Positions 26,001-41,300 of a stretch of DNA of 64,000 nt are shown here, in pieces. Both the position numbers and the translations under genes were made by a program. This DNA comes from Tubiluchus corallicola (Eukaryota; Animalia; Priapulida): positions 186,001 to 250,000 of the forward strand of contig JAQGDQ010000232.1 in assembly GCA_030141605.1 (NCBI GenBank). Direction: 5' to 3'. The first letter of the stretch is position 1; each line of letters opens with the position of its first letter. The notes below the pieces were generated by a model. The model made no database searches. It was not told the DNA's origin and saw nothing but the letters and a program-made list of their open reading frames with translations.

Positions 26001-28470
26001 GAGTTTACAGATTGATTAAGGTGACATGACGACAGTAACTATAGGTTAATTGACAATTTTCCTCGTTACTTTTTGCAGGATAAAATGCGTCATATATAGG
26101 CCGCCGCAGACCTTTTACTTAGACCTACACCAGCCAGATGTTGATAAAAATTACTAGTTAAAAATCATACTGGTCACCGCAGTAGGCTCAATAGTCATAT
26201 TTTTCGAATTTTTCCATAATTGACTAGTTTGAAATTGATGATGTGATTACATAAATTGCGGTGGTGTTTACCTAAAAGGGAACCATTACGATTACACTGT
26301 GCTGCGCACTCGAAAATTCTGAGTGAATTATAATTTAAACGTCCCTATGATTAAACAGTAATTTTTACCTAAAAAACTGGTCAATACAAATTTTATAAAC
26401 TATTATAATAAAGTGTATAATTTTTATAAATTATAAAATAAAGATAAAACAAGATAAAAAATAAAATGAAAAAATCAAGCACAGTCATAAGCCTGCTGAT
26501 TTTCATCTTTGATAAAAATGTAAAAAAATTATAAATGTCTCAAAATTAAATAAAAATAAATTGTACACCGTTGTAGCACTAAATTTGCAACTGTATGATT
26601 ATACTTATTGAAGTCTTAAAACATCGCAGAAACATTCCAGAGGTTCAATAAATACTTATATATATGTGATATGCGAAAACTTATTACTCATTTTATTTTA
26701 ATTTTTTTCTAATAATTACGGTTAGTTTAACGGTACTGCTATCATAAATGTCAATAAATTTAAAAGGCTTTATAATCACATACGTTGAATTTACCCAGAT
26801 ATATTTCCGTAAAATTCTATACAATTTAAATTATGGAGTGCGGCGTGCCTAGCTGTTAAAAGTTCGATTGCAGTTCAACCTTATTACATAGATCTGCTCC
26901 TCAAAGAGACATAGACATTCTACCTACCTGGTTATAGTAACTAAATGCCTATGATGAAACATAAGGCGTGGGGTAAATGCGATACCTGTAACAGCCTTCA
27001 ACTTCATCTGCCGATCCTACTGTGACGACAGAAGGTAAAAGTTTATTGACATCAGTCAGTTAATTATTAATGAGAGAGCCAATTAAAATGGTCTCACCGC
27101 AGAAACGAAGAATGATGAGCAAACAAGGTTGTCATATCGACGCCATCATTAGGCTTTGTTCAGTACACTATGATTTGAATTGTGTGTACCCTGGGCTGGG
27201 CAGCTAGCGCTGGACACTCGAAGAAAAAACAGGCCTTTGTAGGAAGAGTTCTACAACAGGGCCTATTGGATGAATCAGCGTCATATATAATTGGTTACAT
27301 ACTTGGTTTATTCGGTTGCTAAACTTCTACGAAGTAAGACTACGAAGTTTAGTTTAGTAACGAAGTAACCGATAGAATTCGGAGTTTCGAACACAAAATG
27401 ACGCTTAGGTTTAAAGGCGCAGCACACCTAAGAATGCTTTCTTTTTCGTAAAAGATGCCGTCGTTGGCTCTTTTTTCTGCGCATGAATGTGTAATTATTA
27501 TCGATTGCGCGGATCATTATTGAAAAATTAATTGAGCTAATAAAAGGTAGTGTGTGTTCAACCAGGCCAAGAGATCCTATCTCAGTACATGGTACATCAT
27601 TTCTAGTTATCAGAAAAGACAAAGGGCCTAAAATGTATATGTAAATGCACTTAGTTTCGTGCTAATCTCCAATTTCATCAATCATGAAAACACATGTTAA
27701 CCCCATCAACGTTGAAGCAAAGATGGAAAATTTAGATATTTAGAGAATTTGTACGGTTGCTAGCTAAAATTTAAGATGGCACAAGCCCGCTTGGGTGTGT
27801 AATTGGCTTGCCTAGTCTTGTTCTCTTTTAAAAAATAGTTTAAAATAAATAGTTTCGCCTTTATGCAGTTCTTATGCCTCTCAGTTTTGTGACTAACAAA
27901 ATCCCTGATGCACTTTTTGGTATTGAAAGTACAATTTCATATTTCATTTTTACTTTTGGAATTCAACGGCCATGAAAACATGGGCATAGGCGCATCATCT
28001 ACTAACAGGCTTGGGTGCTCCGAATTAGCTTATCTACAGCAAGGCATTATTTTTCAATTTCTTCTGTTGGTGTTCTTTATTATAATTATCGAGAACCACA
28101 CTAAAAAACTTAAATGTTTTTGAGAGCAGCGAGCACGGACAATTGTCGAGGCGCAATACTTTGTCACAGATAGCCAAGGTCAAATTTGATGTGATTCCAA
28201 ATAGTTAAATCTATTATTCGTAAATTTTATATAAATAGTAATTGTGTTAATGAAATTTTTATTATACTATCCTGTTTCTTGCATAGTATTGTATTGTATA
28301 CTAACTGTTGTTGTATTGTATTATATTGTATTGTATACTAACTGTTTTTATATGAGCAATGCTTGCAATAAAAACGTAACTTACTTATAATATTTGCAAA
28401 CAAATTTAATCAAACTTGTTTTGAGCATAAATTAAAGTGCGAATACAATAACCTCGACTTATCATTCGAA

Positions 28471-28637
28471 TATTCGCAAAAACGATCTTACGCAAAAACT
28501 TATGAACTTTGTAAGAGCATTCTGATGGGTTATTTATCAAGCGCTTTTATGAAACTTTACTTATTTGCGAAACATTTTTAGGAAGTTCGTAGCTTAAGAA
28601 GCTTGACAAATCGCACGTAGTAACGATTTTACGAATA
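28471..28637. mobile_element. Degenerate MITE (Harbinger-like inverted repeats)
   Basis: TATTCGCAAAAACGATCTTACG is an imperfect inverted repeat of CGTAGTAACGATTTTACGAATA; no clear TSD. Confidence 0.35.
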
Positions 28638-30758
28638 AACACATTTCAATATATATCAAACCCGTTTCATTAGTAACTAGTATAAATTATTTTTACTAAT
28701 TGTATTAGTTTGTGAAATTATTGCAGTTGTTTAGAAAAGATAGGCCTTTAAAATTTGAAATCATTTTGTATATATGCGTATTACTGCGTTTTTGAAACCT
28801 CTTTAAAGAGCTCTGAAAAATGAGGTAACCTTCTTGAAACGTCAAATGCCCGCCCATTTAAAAAAAAACTCAGGCAATTCTCAATCTATTTTGAAGGGTG
28901 TGCTTTTGTTGTACTTGTGTAGCAGATTTGGTGCTTTTCTACGATTCCTCCCATTTTTTCTTGAAATTGCTGAAGTTATAATTATTCTTAAAATTATATA
29001 TATAGTCATGTGTTGTTTTGTGGCTGTTAGGCCTGTGGTAATTTATTTTTTCCAATATAAACCACCCTCATTAACGGATTTGTGTGCTACAGGTATTATA
29101 TGCATATAGCTCTGACTGACACAATAATGCTACATTTGCAATTTCCATTATAAAATCAATACATATTATGCTGGTTAGCATGCGCCAGGTAAAGTGAATC
29201 AGTTATAACAGGTACGGCCTGCAGGTAATCAAAGATCTTGCTGCATATACGGATAAACAGATGAATCAGTGGGATAGGAAAGATTGAATAACGTGTGGTT
29301 TGTGTAAATTGTGGGTTTCTAGAAATTTCCTAACATGTGACGTTTCATTTGATAGGTATGAGGTTTTAACCTTTTTAACTCATGTTGTGGTGGGTATGAT
29401 CGTGATGGCAAACTTAGCTATTGGGGGGTTGGAGGATGGTGGTCGGGTATGTGTGAGCAGGGCCACTTTAAGCTAGTTTTATTTTTGGCCATTCTCTAAC
29501 GAAAGTTGTTAGGATAATGTTTAAATCGAACCTCTGAAGTTAGTGTTTTTTACAAGTCAGTACTAATGATTGTAAGAAAGTAACAAATAACAAGTATTAT
29601 AATAGGCGAAATTCAAGACACAACTTTAGAGCAAACACTAGCGGCTTTGTTAAATAATTTAACTCTATTTTTTAAATTGTATGTTATTCTTGCAGTAGAC
29701 CTGCGTTAGTTTAAACACAATTTATTGATTCGAGCAGATAGTTTTAACAACTGATAAGCATTTTTCCGTGCAAAATACACAATACAATTACAATTAAACG
29801 TTAGCAACACAATTATATTATTCTTACTGTACAATCTAATATACTGTAACCATGAAAATTCTATGAACTAATTTGAACTCAGAGTCAGCGTAACTACTTA
29901 AGGCGGCTAATCAGATTCATAAAAAATTCAACTTGATCAAAAATTATATAGCTCGATTTATAATTTAATTTTTGATTTCCATTAAGATGTATATGTGTAA
30001 GTTCACTACTCGCTAAATTATGCAAGTTAATTGAATATGAATTTAGTGCCAGGAAATAAAAAAGTAGGAATAACTGCTGCGCTTGACTGACTTAGATAAA
30101 CATAGGACAAGTAATTTTGAAATGTTCACAGGTGTTAAAAGCTGTGCCACAATTTTAGTTTGATGAAACAAAAGAACCATTTTTGCATTCTCTAACTAAT
30201 AAATCAAATTTCAATTGGTTAAAGCAATATGAATTCACTAATAGCCAGATCCTTTGTTTGATAAGCCTTATTGCTAACAATTTACGAAGAACTAAACTTT
30301 AATTAACCAGTCTGATGCATAAGATTCAGCTTAATACTCTAAATGTTGATGTATTTTTTTGAAAGCGCGTTTCTGTATCCTTTTTCATTTGCAGCACCCG
30401 TCGAACAGAAGGGGGTGAGGCGAACGGCGGTTTTGTGATATGGAATATCATTAATATTGCATTTAAAGCTTGTCTTATGTACATAAATAAAAAAGGAAAA
30501 TAGATGTGTTCTAGAAATAATTAAATGTACACTTAATGACTTTGTTAGTTAAATCTTAGTTGCTCAGCTAAATTCAACCGTTAAAATAAGTCGTTAAAAT
30601 TAAAATAATTGGATAACTGTTTAAATAATACTCACTATAGGTTTGTTTTGTGGTCTAGTAAGGCCGTAGTCTGTTATGCTTGTTATACAGACTTGCAACC
30701 ACTACACGTGAAGAAATTTTAATACATGCTTTTGTTTGAATTTTTAGATGTTGAAGTC

Positions 30759-33700
30759 ATGTGGCAGAAATCACTGCTACTAGTCTTCTATCAGGTAATA
30801 TTTCATTTGTTCATCTAGAAATTTAACACGTTACAAAATCCGTTACAATAGGTTAACTGAGGAAAATAAATTAGTTCTCAATACGATAATCAACGTGGTA
30901 AGTTTGTGAATGGCAAACAAAATTTGAGTAGATAGTTTGATTTCAGTACTAAATTTGCAGATTTGCTTCCAATGCTAACTAGACTTGTTGGTCAGACTTC
31001 AATGTCGGAAAATCTTTGTTTAATAATAACAATACTTTTAATAGTAAACAATTTGAGACATAATTCAACCTATTTAATTCTGAAATCACATGTTTGTGTA
31101 ACAATGAGTATGGTTGCAGAATAACCATGCAGTACGCAATCAATTATTAATCTCACGTCTTTATAACAATCATCAATATTCAGAAGGCAGACGCTGTCAA
31201 TATCTTGAGTCAGACGAAATACAATGACATTGAGAATGCGGTTCCAGAGGCGTGCTTTTCATTATGCAGTGTGTATTATTTAGAGAACCTTCCCTGTATT
31301 AAAGTTATTTTCAGATTTAGGATTTAGATAAAACTATAATTAAACTATTGTAACTTAGACTATAAGCCCGCAACAAGTCTAATTTGCCTATTTCTCGTTA
31401 TTGTAAGTAAACATTGCGCAATGTTTGGTAAATTAATGTGACTATATAATAAAAGGTAATTATGACAGGCTATTTAACTTCCGTTACTCCATGAGAAGCT
31501 GACTGGTTGTCTCCTAGGTACCTGTTCGGCTGTTTATACCGCATATCGAAAGCATAGGGGGGGGGGAGATATTGTTCTCCCAGGGAATAATCATCCAGCT
31601 TGTTTATTTTATTAGTTGTTTTTCTTTGCTTTTCCTACTCACTGTCAAAGAATAAAACGAGTTCCGATCTAGTAGCAGCTACAAAGCTAAAAGACCTCGA
31701 AAAAGTTGTAGCACTTCTGTTTATGGTGGGTCAGACAGGCGAATGGTTACGTCGTCCCAAAGCTGGCTAGTAAACGGACCGGTGACTGCATCTGGGCTAT
31801 GTGTTCCGATTAAGGAGGCCACACACACATTTTTTCCAATCCTGGTCGCATGTAAGAGCATTATCTTTTATAAAGAGCATTGCTACTAGATTCTGGTCTA
31901 ACCGTAACGACCAACAGTCATCAACATTAGCAGTAGGCTCTATCACTGAGTGTTAGATTCCGGCCTGAAGCGTGCCAAGCTGTGCTATAAGGTTTAGTAG
32001 ACAGAGCTGATTACAGAAGAGAGTCAGTGTAGACACTTATCTCTGACTAGAAAAAACTCTCCACGCCTTTTTCAGCTTATGTCCAGTTAGCCAAGTTCAT
32101 TTCTCTGCATTTGAATACAGGCGAGGGAAAATCCCAAAAGAGAGCTTTGTCATAGTACGTAGTCTTAAGGTGTGGGTCAGGTGAATGGGGTACTTTTTAT
32201 ATCTGCATGGTGCCAACAGAAACTATTGATAGAAAAATTTGAGGTGTTTCTTCAAAGCAAATGTAAAGCGGATATAGCAGCCATGAAAAATGGGGGATTA
32301 AACGCTACTTTCGTCTAAATGAATCCGTAACGACGAAGCCATTTAACATTCAAAGCTCTTAAACATACGTACCAGCTTGTACGGGCTCCATACAAACATT
32401 ATTGCATTAATAAAATAATAACGCAAAGCGCATTTGGGCTGACACACTGACCTACATTAACAATTTTAATGAATTTTCTATAGGCATAACGTTTTCTTCG
32501 TGTTTTCATAGCGTATGTGTGATAAAATTTTTGTACGCCATACATTTTGAATTTATATTAATACAATATTTTAGTGAATTCACGCTGTTTGTACATTTAA
32601 TTCATGCTGAACTGTGTTCACGAATTCCATTTTCTACTTTGCAGTTGTGTGTAGTGACTATCATAGGACAAAACTTGATAGGTAAGGAATTCCTCGATAT
32701 TGCATGTGGTGTATAAGATACTATAAACAAAGTACTTTTAGGCTCTACTTTTTAAGGTAAAACGTAGATTGATAATATTGAATGTAAATGAGTCTTGGAT
32801 TGCTAATACACGGTAAACACTAGTTGGTTCATGTTCATCCATATTGAATATAGGTTTATATGCTATTTCGGTGACTAGGTTTACAGACCATAAGCGAATT
32901 ATACCAGAGCAGCTTTCGTTTCGGGAGTACAGAATTCAGTCCTGGCTAAGCCAATATTATATTCTTGATATAAAATTCTTGAATTGATGATGTTAAAATC
33001 AAGTTATTTCTTCGCGTCAGGTAACAGTATTATTCAGGCTGTCTATTATTAATATTAGTTTAGCTCCATGCAACACTTCATTAGCCTCGTATGTATCGCC
33101 GATATATTGTGAAAAATGAAGCACAGACATCGAATTCGTGGGTGTACTTTCTCAGGATATTGAAAATCATGAAAAACATCTTTGGGCGACTTTATAAGTG
33201 GGCGGAGCTTTATTGCAGTATGGCTAGCAAAGTTTCTGATTAATATTTACATGAAATTTACATCTTTGCGGTATTAATTAAATGAATGAAGGTTTAGCAG
33301 GTAGCTGCATGTTAATTCAACTGAGCACATTCTGAATCTTTTTTTCAAACAATAATACTTAATTCTGTTATTATAAATATATATGTACCAGCTAATAAAC
33401 TAATGTTTTCTGTTTACAGAGTGCTGAACGTTCTCAATAAGTTTTAAGTATATTTAATCCATTTTTTATTTAACAGATAAAAAAGTCGACTGTAAAGACA
33501 GTTCACTTACAGTGGCACTTGAGTTTGACACAATATTTAGCGGACTAGTGTACGCCAACAACTACAATGATAGGTCGAGGTGTCGAACACAAGGACGCTC
33601 AAGAGAGGTGCGATTAAGTCTGCGCCATGACAGCTGTGGAATGTACAGTTCACAAAATGTAAGAAATGAACAAATTTCATTAATGCATTATTTGTTACAA

Positions 33701-36610
33701 AGTTGTCAAAGTTAAATACAATCAAACAGAGTAAGATTTACCAGTATGGGAAACCTTTATTAACGATTATCTATGAAAATGCCAAACAAAAGTTGATTTG
33801 TGCAACATAGTTGAATAATTAAGTATTGCGGGACATCTTTCCCATGAATGCTTAACGAAAATGCACACAAAAATATACACACAATACACTTTTGTGCCAA
33901 AAATACAAATTCAGCAATGTGGGAGGTCTTTTTAAAGGAATGCAACCTTGTTTGTTCTACGTTTTTTAGTGTAACAAGGCTTACAAATACTAAATTCTGA
34001 AATCTAGAATTTGTACTGATTTTTTGATTTTTCTAAATACACAGCGCTGTTCCTGTACCACGTACCAAGGCTGTTTTCCATTAAATTCAGAGATACTTAA
34101 TTGACTGCACATATTGGTCAGTAAAATAAACTAGCAGTAATATTGTTGTAGGGAAGAGTTCAGGAAGTTACAGTGGTAGCACAGAGGAATGCCAAGGTGA
34201 TAACTCAGGCAGACAACTTCTTTCACGTGACATGTGACTACTTGCTGTCTCACAACGTTTCATTAAATTTTGGAATTGGTGTAGAGTAAGTCATCACGTT
34301 TGAAAGATAATCAACAATTTTTGTCATTGATTGCAGTATCTCTTTTTTCATTTCATATATAATTATAAGTCACTTGTATCATTTGTTTTATTAAAGAATT
34401 CCAAGGTTCAAATTCTTTTCTAAGTCTTCTGTTAACTGGAAAACAGAGAAATTGTCACTCAAATCTCTGTAAAACATTTGAACCATGTTATGAACAAAAC
34501 TTTTTCAGTGAGCCTCCTGTGAATTTATTAGAAGCACCTGCTATCACTAAAGAAGTTCTGGAACTGAAGATTATTCCAGACACAGACTCGAGCAAACAAA
34601 TAACTGATGCAATTGTTGGTGAAAAACTCTATCTTGCTGTAGAAATGAGTGAAGGACAAGGTAAAGAAAACAATAAAGCCAAAAGACTACTTACTTCTAT
34701 TGACTATGGAACCTAATACTGTACTTATAATAAACAGATGATAGTTAGGTTTATAGAGATATCTTTAACCTTTCATTTCGCAGCTGCTGCATTATTTGGG
34801 TAAATATAAGTCTTGGTGTGGAAAGCCTTTACCGCGGGACTCACTATTACAAGACATTTAATTTCTTGCTAGGTTTTAGTAGAGTAAAGACAATGCTTTT
34901 GGAACATAGCTGCATTTATGCAAGTGTTACCAAATTAAGCATTTTGCTATAATCTAAATACAAGCCAAGTTTAGACCAATTTGAAATAAACTCGTTTAGC
35001 TAATTAATAAAGGAGTATTTTCCTTTTTAGATGTATTTGACGACTTTTTCCTTCATTCATGTTTTGCAACCAATCAAGATAATACTGTTATTATACAACT
35101 TGTCGACGATAATGGGTAAGAAGTTCTGATTTTTCAAGCATCAATCCTTTCATTGTGTAATTTGAGTAGGAAATGCATTCATTCAAATGATTCAATATTA
35201 ACAACCATATGTTACAAGACTCTGAAGACAAATTGTTTGAAAAATATTATCTATAAAATCAGAAACAGGTAGAAATTTTTGTATTGCAGGTGTGCCAATA
35301 CAGACATCCCAAGTATGGTATTATCCCCAAGTGTTCGATCGCAACGTCGACCAAGAATGAAGTACATCAGTATTGCAGCTTTCAAGTTTCCAGAAGCAGA
35401 AACTGTCCAGTTTACTTGCCAAGCAAGGTTATGCAAGCCTGACCAGTTGCAGTGTTCATCGGTAAGTACATCTTGCAATCAATGCAAACCTGCAAATACG
35501 AATTATTAAAATGTTTATTTGTGTAAGACATTATCAGAAAAATGTTCATTTGCATGTTTTGGGTAGGTAAACTGAGCCTATAAGTACTAGACACTCCATG
35601 AAAGTTTGGAGAATCGTTATATTCATCTGCAAATGCTGTACATTCGATAAACATTTAAACAAATTACTGTTCAACAGTGTTGGGTAATAACATGTTTCTT
35701 TCTTTTTTTGCATGTTTTTTTTCCAATTCAAACATAGTCTCTGTCTAAGAACTGTTAAAACCTATTTTGCAAACCACTTGAGCAGCACCCAAAACTAGCA
35801 TATTAGACCAACCTGCTATGCTATGTCGTGTTGATATTACATACACCAAACCACATTTTACGTTTTGCGTTAGCAATGTAGATCAGTATCAGCACGAAGA
35901 AATCGTGTTCGGCGTGACGTGGATGATGCTCCAGGTGGACAAGAAAACACAGATCCAGATGAAACAGAAGTTCACAAGTCTATACGAGTGCACACGCCTA
36001 CTGACGAACTTACACCAGTTGATGAAGGCAAGCCCTTAATTTAAGCATTTTTAAGGAAAAAGTGATATAGTAATTGACACTATAACCAGTGTAAAGAATT
36101 TCGTAGATGCTCACAGGATTGGTTAGGGACAATGGTTCTTGTGTATTGTTGCATTTTCAACAATTGAGATATTCATGATGATGGCATGTACTTGGAGTTA
36201 GTCAGGAGTACACATTGATTTTATTTTATTGTTTAGGTCCTACAGATAAGCCGGATTTGACACACAGATACTGTTTCACACTTACATACTTGACAATAGC
36301 TGCAGCATTTCTGCTTGCATTGTTGATCAGCACCATAGTCTCTTGTGCTTGTTTGTGCACAAAGTACTCCAACATCTACAAAGAACGCGAGAAGCTTAGG
36401 TCACGTCATGAACGATTGCGCCAAGAAATGGCATGCTATATCAACCCTGCCATGTTCAAGATTCCACGTCCAATGGTCAGCCCTGACCCGCCAATGTCAG
36501 AATTTGAAGGGACAACAATAAGGACCGACTCACCAGCCGTGGAGAGAGATCACGAAGTTGAGAATGTAAATAATGATGGTGATCACACGTATGCAACTAT
36601 GCAGAACTAA
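30759..36610 (+). CDS. Zona pellucida (ZP)-domain single-pass membrane protein, cuticlin/dusky-like, 9 exons, about 441 aa
   Basis: Exons 30759-30794 (MWQKSLLLVFYQ), 32645-32681, 33477-33658, 34152-34285, 34509-34660, 35031-35115, 35290-35461, 35874-36027 (GC donor), 36237-36610 sum to 1326 nt in frame. Signal peptide; ZP-N (VDC...FSGLVY...C...CG...VTCDY); ZP-C (VGEKLYL, SCFA, LVDDNGC, AFKFPE..VQFTCQARLC); furin site RNRVRR; TM helix; cytoplasmic tail. Confidence 0.88.
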
Positions 36611-38273
36611 TGTAAATAAGCAATGTTTGTTAGTTTGTACATTTTTCAGTGCAAGTTATTTTTGTAGCTTCTTCTCCAAGTTGTCAATTTGTCATGTTTG
36701 TAAATAACGCACTATTTTTGTTTTAGTTTGCAAGAGAGTCAGCAGTTAGTTTAGTTCCATGCTTAATTGCTAGTATGTGGTGTGGACTGACCTAATTTGT
36801 GGTTGAAAATTTTAAATGATGATTTTTATTTTGCAGAAAATTATAACAGATGAACAGGAGACAGGATTAGTTTAGGCTTATTTTTTTAAAGAGAATATTC
36901 ATGTCTTAACAGTAATGATGTTTTGAAGGTACATTGGAGAAACTTGTACATAATGCTCTTAGCATTATTTCTTGAAATGTTAACTTTACATCGTCTGGTA
37001 TTGCAGACAAAACTTCTTTAAGAAAAAACATAACTGGCGCTTTATTAGAAACATTGCGTAAAATTTCTAGAAATACACGTGCGTCATCAAATATTTTACC
37101 ACTTGCTTCTATTACATAGTCAGTATGATCCTAGTCAATTGATTTGTGCAATAAATTTAATAAGACAATTAAGATTTGGGAGTCTACAGTAACACTGTGT
37201 ATAGTGTACAGGATATGAGATACATGACCAAATTTATGTCGCATTTAACTGTTAATACGTGTACATGATTGTAAAAAACAGGTACAGCTTTTAAAAGGAC
37301 TTAAATGTATAAGGCAGACAATAAACATGAAGCATCACCTAGAGAAAGTGAAGGAAAACGACTGCATGCATACAATTGCTTTGCAAATTGGTTTGATCTG
37401 CCAACTTGACAGTAACATGTTGCCAGCCAGCAAAAAAAAAAGAAAAAACACGCATACCAAGACATTCTTTACGGAGTATAATTTCACAGAGAAAAATTTT
37501 CTGATTTTGAAAGTGTAGTTTATGTGCTCCTTTAGGTTAGCCATTATATTAATCTGTTCAAACCACTGAACTGTCTGAACGCCTGTAGGTAGAAAAGAAA
37601 AACTGACGAACTTCAACATCTCCTTAGTTTGTATAATCTATAAAACTGAAATTACTGACTTAAAAGTTTAATGACATTGGATTTCATTATCTGCACTGAC
37701 AATAAACTTATATAAAATGGTGCAGATAATAAACTTATATAAAATATGGCCAAGATGCGGGAAAAATTTTGTTAGGAGTGTGCACATTAGCTATGCATTG
37801 ATAAGTCAATTTTCAAGACCCCATCTGAGGCAGAGAAAAACAGGAGCAGAGAGTGAACAGATAAAGAGAGCATTTGATGCATAGATTTTGTGCAACTTTC
37901 TATGGTAGCTTCTACCATCAAACGTTGCATCGATTCTACTGAGAAATTATTGTAGCTGTGGCACTTGTGGATTACTTCCCATGAGCGTTCTTACATAACA
38001 GTGGAAGTGGAGCGATAGGCCAATGTGTTAGACGTTAAAAATGAAAAACTAACCACAAAAGTGGTAAAAACAATTTTATTATAAAAATGATTTGCATAAT
38101 TTGACATTTTTTAAAAGTACTAATAATTGTAATATGCAAATTATTTAATGGAAAGAATTTCCAATCGACAAAATTTGTGTAAGAGTTTCAAAATTACAAG
38201 CATAATTTAAATTAAGTTATTTTTAAGAAAGTTTGGATCTTTTGTTGAAACAGCATGACAAAGAACAGAATTC

Positions 38274-38279
38274 TTTATT
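38274..38279 (-). terminator. Polyadenylation signal of chitin synthase copy A (also conserved in copy B, about 53256-53261)
   Basis: AATAAA on the minus strand about 110 nt after the stop in both copies. Confidence 0.55.
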
Positions 38280-38387
38280 ACAGTGTTTGCAAGTTCAGAA
38301 ACTGACATGACCTTTAAGGAAAGAGTAACAGTCACCTGCACAGCAGAATGCTGCTATGGGTCTAGATTTTAAATTCTTAGCAACTTG

Positions 38388-41300
38388 CTAATCAGCTAAT
38401 GCCTTTACTTTGTAGATTATCATAGAAAGTATTTGCATAAGTAAAACAAACATGTAAGCAGAAAAAGTAATAATATAAACCGGAGAGACAGATAAAGTTC
38501 GATCAAGAAACCATGATACATGTGTAGACTTATCTAAGTCATAAATTATTCCTACAACTATGTAAACAAAGTTTACACAAAAGATGAAAATAGTTGAAAT
38601 ATTTCGTATATTCTTCATCTCACTCAAAACCTAAAACAAAAAAATCTTCTTTAGAACCTTACAATGGCCTGGAAAATGGATATTTTGCTTAAAAATTACA
38701 TTGTTTGAGTTTTAACTGAGTAATGGATTTTGGTTTGACTTTTTGACTTGCAAAGTTTAGGATTCATTGTTTTTGCACAGTTATTAAAGCATTTTATAAA
38801 TTCTTATTTCCTTTATTTACCAGAAGGCAGGGATTACAACATTTATCTTAACATACCTTTTTATGACGTTGTTTTGTCACTGAACTTGGGGCGAGGTAGG
38901 AAGATATGAGATTTTTCCAGAAAATTACTTCCCGTTCATCAAGCATTTCATAATCTTGAGAGTTTTCTGAAGTGTTCAAAGCTGATTACTATAGAAAAAT
39001 CATATTATTATAAAGATCTGACATACAAAGCACATAACTAAGCAAACAGTAACTTTCCAAGAATAAGAATCTGTACTAGGAGCACAAATATGAGTTTAGG
39101 ATTAACTGCATTTAATTCTTAGTTATGAATGATGTAACATGGAAAAAAATCATGTAGTATTGAATTCCATTGTAACTTAAAACTAAAACAGTATGCTAAT
39201 TTTGCAATATTTTTGCATGAATATTAGGTAAACAGTAGAAGTTCGAATTAGTTTAAGCAGTATTGCATAATCATGTGAAACAATGATGTGCTTATGAAAA
39301 ATCACAAAGTTAACCAGTTACGTCATAACTTTTAAGTAAATGGCTGCAACCACTGAACATGAAAATTTCTATACAGAAGTAGTGTAACTGAACTTTATCC
39401 TTACAGATAGTTTTTGCAAATTCTTTTTATATTTTTCTAAATTTAAGTGATAATAGTAAAATAAACCCAACAAGCTAAGTGACTCATCTTTTCTTTGAAT
39501 AGTGCTTAGGCACTTTATAGCACCGAAATATAGCTTAGAACCAATCGTGGAAGCATTTTTGGTGCAAAAAATTAACTTTTGTTCTAGACATTTTCATTAA
39601 AAATGAACACTGAAATGATTCTCTTTCTGTACCTGTGTTACAGTAACAGTCAGCCAAAATTTTCACATCAGGTTTTATGGAAAATGTATCATTGTACATT
39701 TTGCATCCGTCTATTGATTCTAATAACTTGGTAACAATTTTCCTGCTGAGAGGTCTACCAGGTTTGGAGAAAAAATACAACAGAGTGCAAAAGCTTTTTA
39801 ACAACAACCATTTGATCTTCTGGTACATGGTATTCGCTTTGCCTAAAACGAGAAAATTCTGAGTAAATAAAAAATCAACATTAGTGTAAAAGTACAGCAA
39901 TCCTGGCAGGTCACTGCTGAGCGATGAGGTGACTTGTACACGTGATGGGGGCTGTGCATTTTCCCCCGAGGCTATGCAGTGAGGCTATGTTTACCAATTC
40001 AGGTAATTTCGGCCAAATGTTGGTGAAGTGGTCATCAGATTTTACGGGAAAGGACTCCAATGGAAATATAGTTTCTTTTAAGCTTTAAAGATACATTAGC
40101 TTCTATTAGTTTACAGACTACCCATAATTGGTGGCATTTTGGTCATAAATGTCTTCAGCTGGTATATATTGTAACTCATGAGACACAATTATCAACGGTG
40201 TGCTCGGGCAGTTGTTATAATTGTCAGCTAAATTTTTTTAGAGGTAGAGGTGCTTACGTGTTATGTTAAAGTTCAAAAACTAATACGGTTCTATTTAAAC
40301 CCTATTTCACATTGTTGTCATGGCTAAAGAACTGACCCCCAGCAGAAATTTGTCGGGAAAGATCTGCAAAAATGGGGACAGTAAATTGATGTAATTCTGA
40401 ATGTGATATTCAAATATTTTAATATTTTTTACATGTGATTATATAGCAGAACTTACTAGAGATCCTGGTAAACTTTTTATTCCTAATTGTAAGTGAACAA
40501 GCCTGTTGACTGCCTGAGAATTCCCGAGTTCCCCAGGAAATGATGTTCATGTTACATATGGCATAAATCAGTGTTATCAAATAATAAGATGGTGCTCCAA
40601 GAACAAAAACTATCTGAAATATAAAGCAGATAGCTTAGGATTGACGTTGATCAACGATAAAGACAATTTTCAACTGATATAAATTTATTGGATAAGAAAA
40701 ACAAAAGTTTAATAATGTATAAAAGATTAGTTACATCGGTTAGTAAAAATGAACGACTAATAAAAATAGCTCTAAAAACTTCTCTGTTTGTCAAATTTTG
40801 AACAATTAAAAATGGCAAAAAACTTTCATTATTATAGCAGCTGATTTTATAAGAAGCTTAATATATTTTATTGATTTTTAAGAGTGAGACATTTCGAACA
40901 AAAAAAATCACAAAAAAAACTTTTGTTGATTATTTCCTGAGAAAACTTCATTATCAAAAGTTATGGAATGTGTTTAATTAAACTTCAACTTACCAGCATT
41001 ACCAAGTTGAGATCGTTTCTGTGACACACAAAGCTAGCAATGAAAGGTGCAAAACATCCTAGCAGTAAAAACGCTGAACTTGACATGTGACTGGCAGCGA
41101 AGATATTGATAAACAAGCCCACCATTGACAAGAAACTTAAAATGCCGTAAAAAATGGTCAAAAATTTCGCATAAGCAAACTGAAAATAAAATTGGGTACT
41201 ATAAAATCAGATACTATAATTTGTTAATATAAAAGAAAGCTAATATTAATAGACCGGCAAAAAATCCATGTTTTCCTAACTGCCCAGTGCAAAAGTCTTC

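Noticed and set aside
31500-32200. GC-richer tract in ZP intron 1 with short matches to 3620-3690
   Set aside because: Probably a decayed repeat, but no termini, TSD or coding remnant could be defined.
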